From the UHGV virus genome UHGV-1352914: DNA of 64,000 bases; one strand, given 5' to 3'. The stretch comes from a virus. Positions 63,786 through 64,000 of this stretch are shown here, piece after piece. The notes beneath the pieces are model-generated. The model saw nothing but the letters and a program-made list of their open reading frames with translations. It was not told the origin of the DNA and did not search any database. The position numbers were made by a program, and so were the translations under genes. Every line of letters begins with the position of its first letter. The first letter of the stretch is position 1.

Positions 63786-64000
63786 AATTTTGTAGTGTTC
63801 TTTGAGTGTTCTAATGGGTAGGGTAGCTGGGGCCGGGGGTTAGGCCCTGTAGCTGGGGAGGGTGGAAACGGTTGTGTGGTTATAGTCGAAGCGAGGGTAT
63901 TGTACACCAGTCAGGGCTTTAAGGTCTTGCTTCAATGTCTTCACTTGCTCTTCCACTTTAATGGCATGTGCAAAATAGCAACGCATATAATAGGAATCGC

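Larger units (their letters stand above)
62012..63825 (-). promoter_or_regulatory. Five copies of a conserved ~30-nt element ('TAGAAyC..CACATAGCyCTACAAAATTATT') directly abutting the ATG of consecutive minus-strand genes
   Basis: Copies upstream of starts at ~62011, 62396, 62763, 63149, 63785. Confidence 0.5.

Noticed and set aside
62862-63821. 319-aa plus-strand ORF at window end
   Set aside because: It overlaps two minus-strand genes that each carry the conserved upstream element and fit the minus-strand operon.
1-64000. Looked for integrase, repressor, tRNA genes and reverse transcriptase (DGR/retron)
   Set aside because: No tyrosine/serine recombinase motifs, no RT YxDD motif, and no obvious tRNA cloverleaf were seen in intergenic regions. 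Small tRNAs cannot be fully excluded without tRNAscan-SE.

Overview
This window reads as about 64 kb of a virulent tailed dsDNA phage genome, podovirus-like and possibly a crAss-like or other gut/environmental phage. No integrase, repressor or other lysogeny genes were seen. All calls are from reading the sequence and ORF track only; nothing was searched against a database. Motif coordinates are approximate (plus or minus 2 nt). Layout: (i) 1-2440 is a non-coding, repeat-dense control region with iteron-like repeats, long direct repeats, a TAACAG-type repeat cluster, an AT-rich stretch, and a small promoter-to-terminator unit that looks like an sRNA. (ii) 2445-55600 is one long plus-strand block. 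It starts with a replication/recombination module (AEP PrimPol fused to an SF3 helicase, family-A DNA polymerase, SF2 helicase, Cas4/RecB-like PD-(D/E)XK nuclease with an Fe-S cluster, RuvC-like resolvase). Next come the packaging and head genes (large terminase, ~756-aa portal, scaffold, major capsid protein with a strong terminator). Tail and fibre genes follow. Then comes a ~10 kb accessory island of small genes: Lar-like zinc-ribbon proteins, a Cys-rich multi-zinc-ribbon protein, a family-2 glycosyltransferase, HTH regulators, and a tandem array of seven ~80-aa paralogs. After that come a lysis cassette (endolysin with peptidoglycan-binding repeats), a large tail protein and a giant 3221-aa virion/ejection-type protein that carries an HExxH motif. 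(iii) After a bidirectional terminator near 55700, the genes are on the minus strand and look early/nucleotide-metabolism in character (DUF3310-like protein, ThyX, NAD-dependent DNA ligase, many small ORFs including a paralog pair). Recurring non-genic signals: a sigma70-like promoter family (cTTGACa-N16/17-TAtanT), usually placed so the transcript is leaderless; palindromic operator-like repeats overlapping several of these promoters; a different conserved ~30-nt element directly abutting the ATG of five minus-strand genes; and a TTCCGTGG/CCACGGAA motif that is strongly over-represented across the window (ori iterons, an intergenic palindromic array, and tandem repeats inside linker-coding parts of genes). 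No Shine-Dalgarno sequences are evident anywhere.
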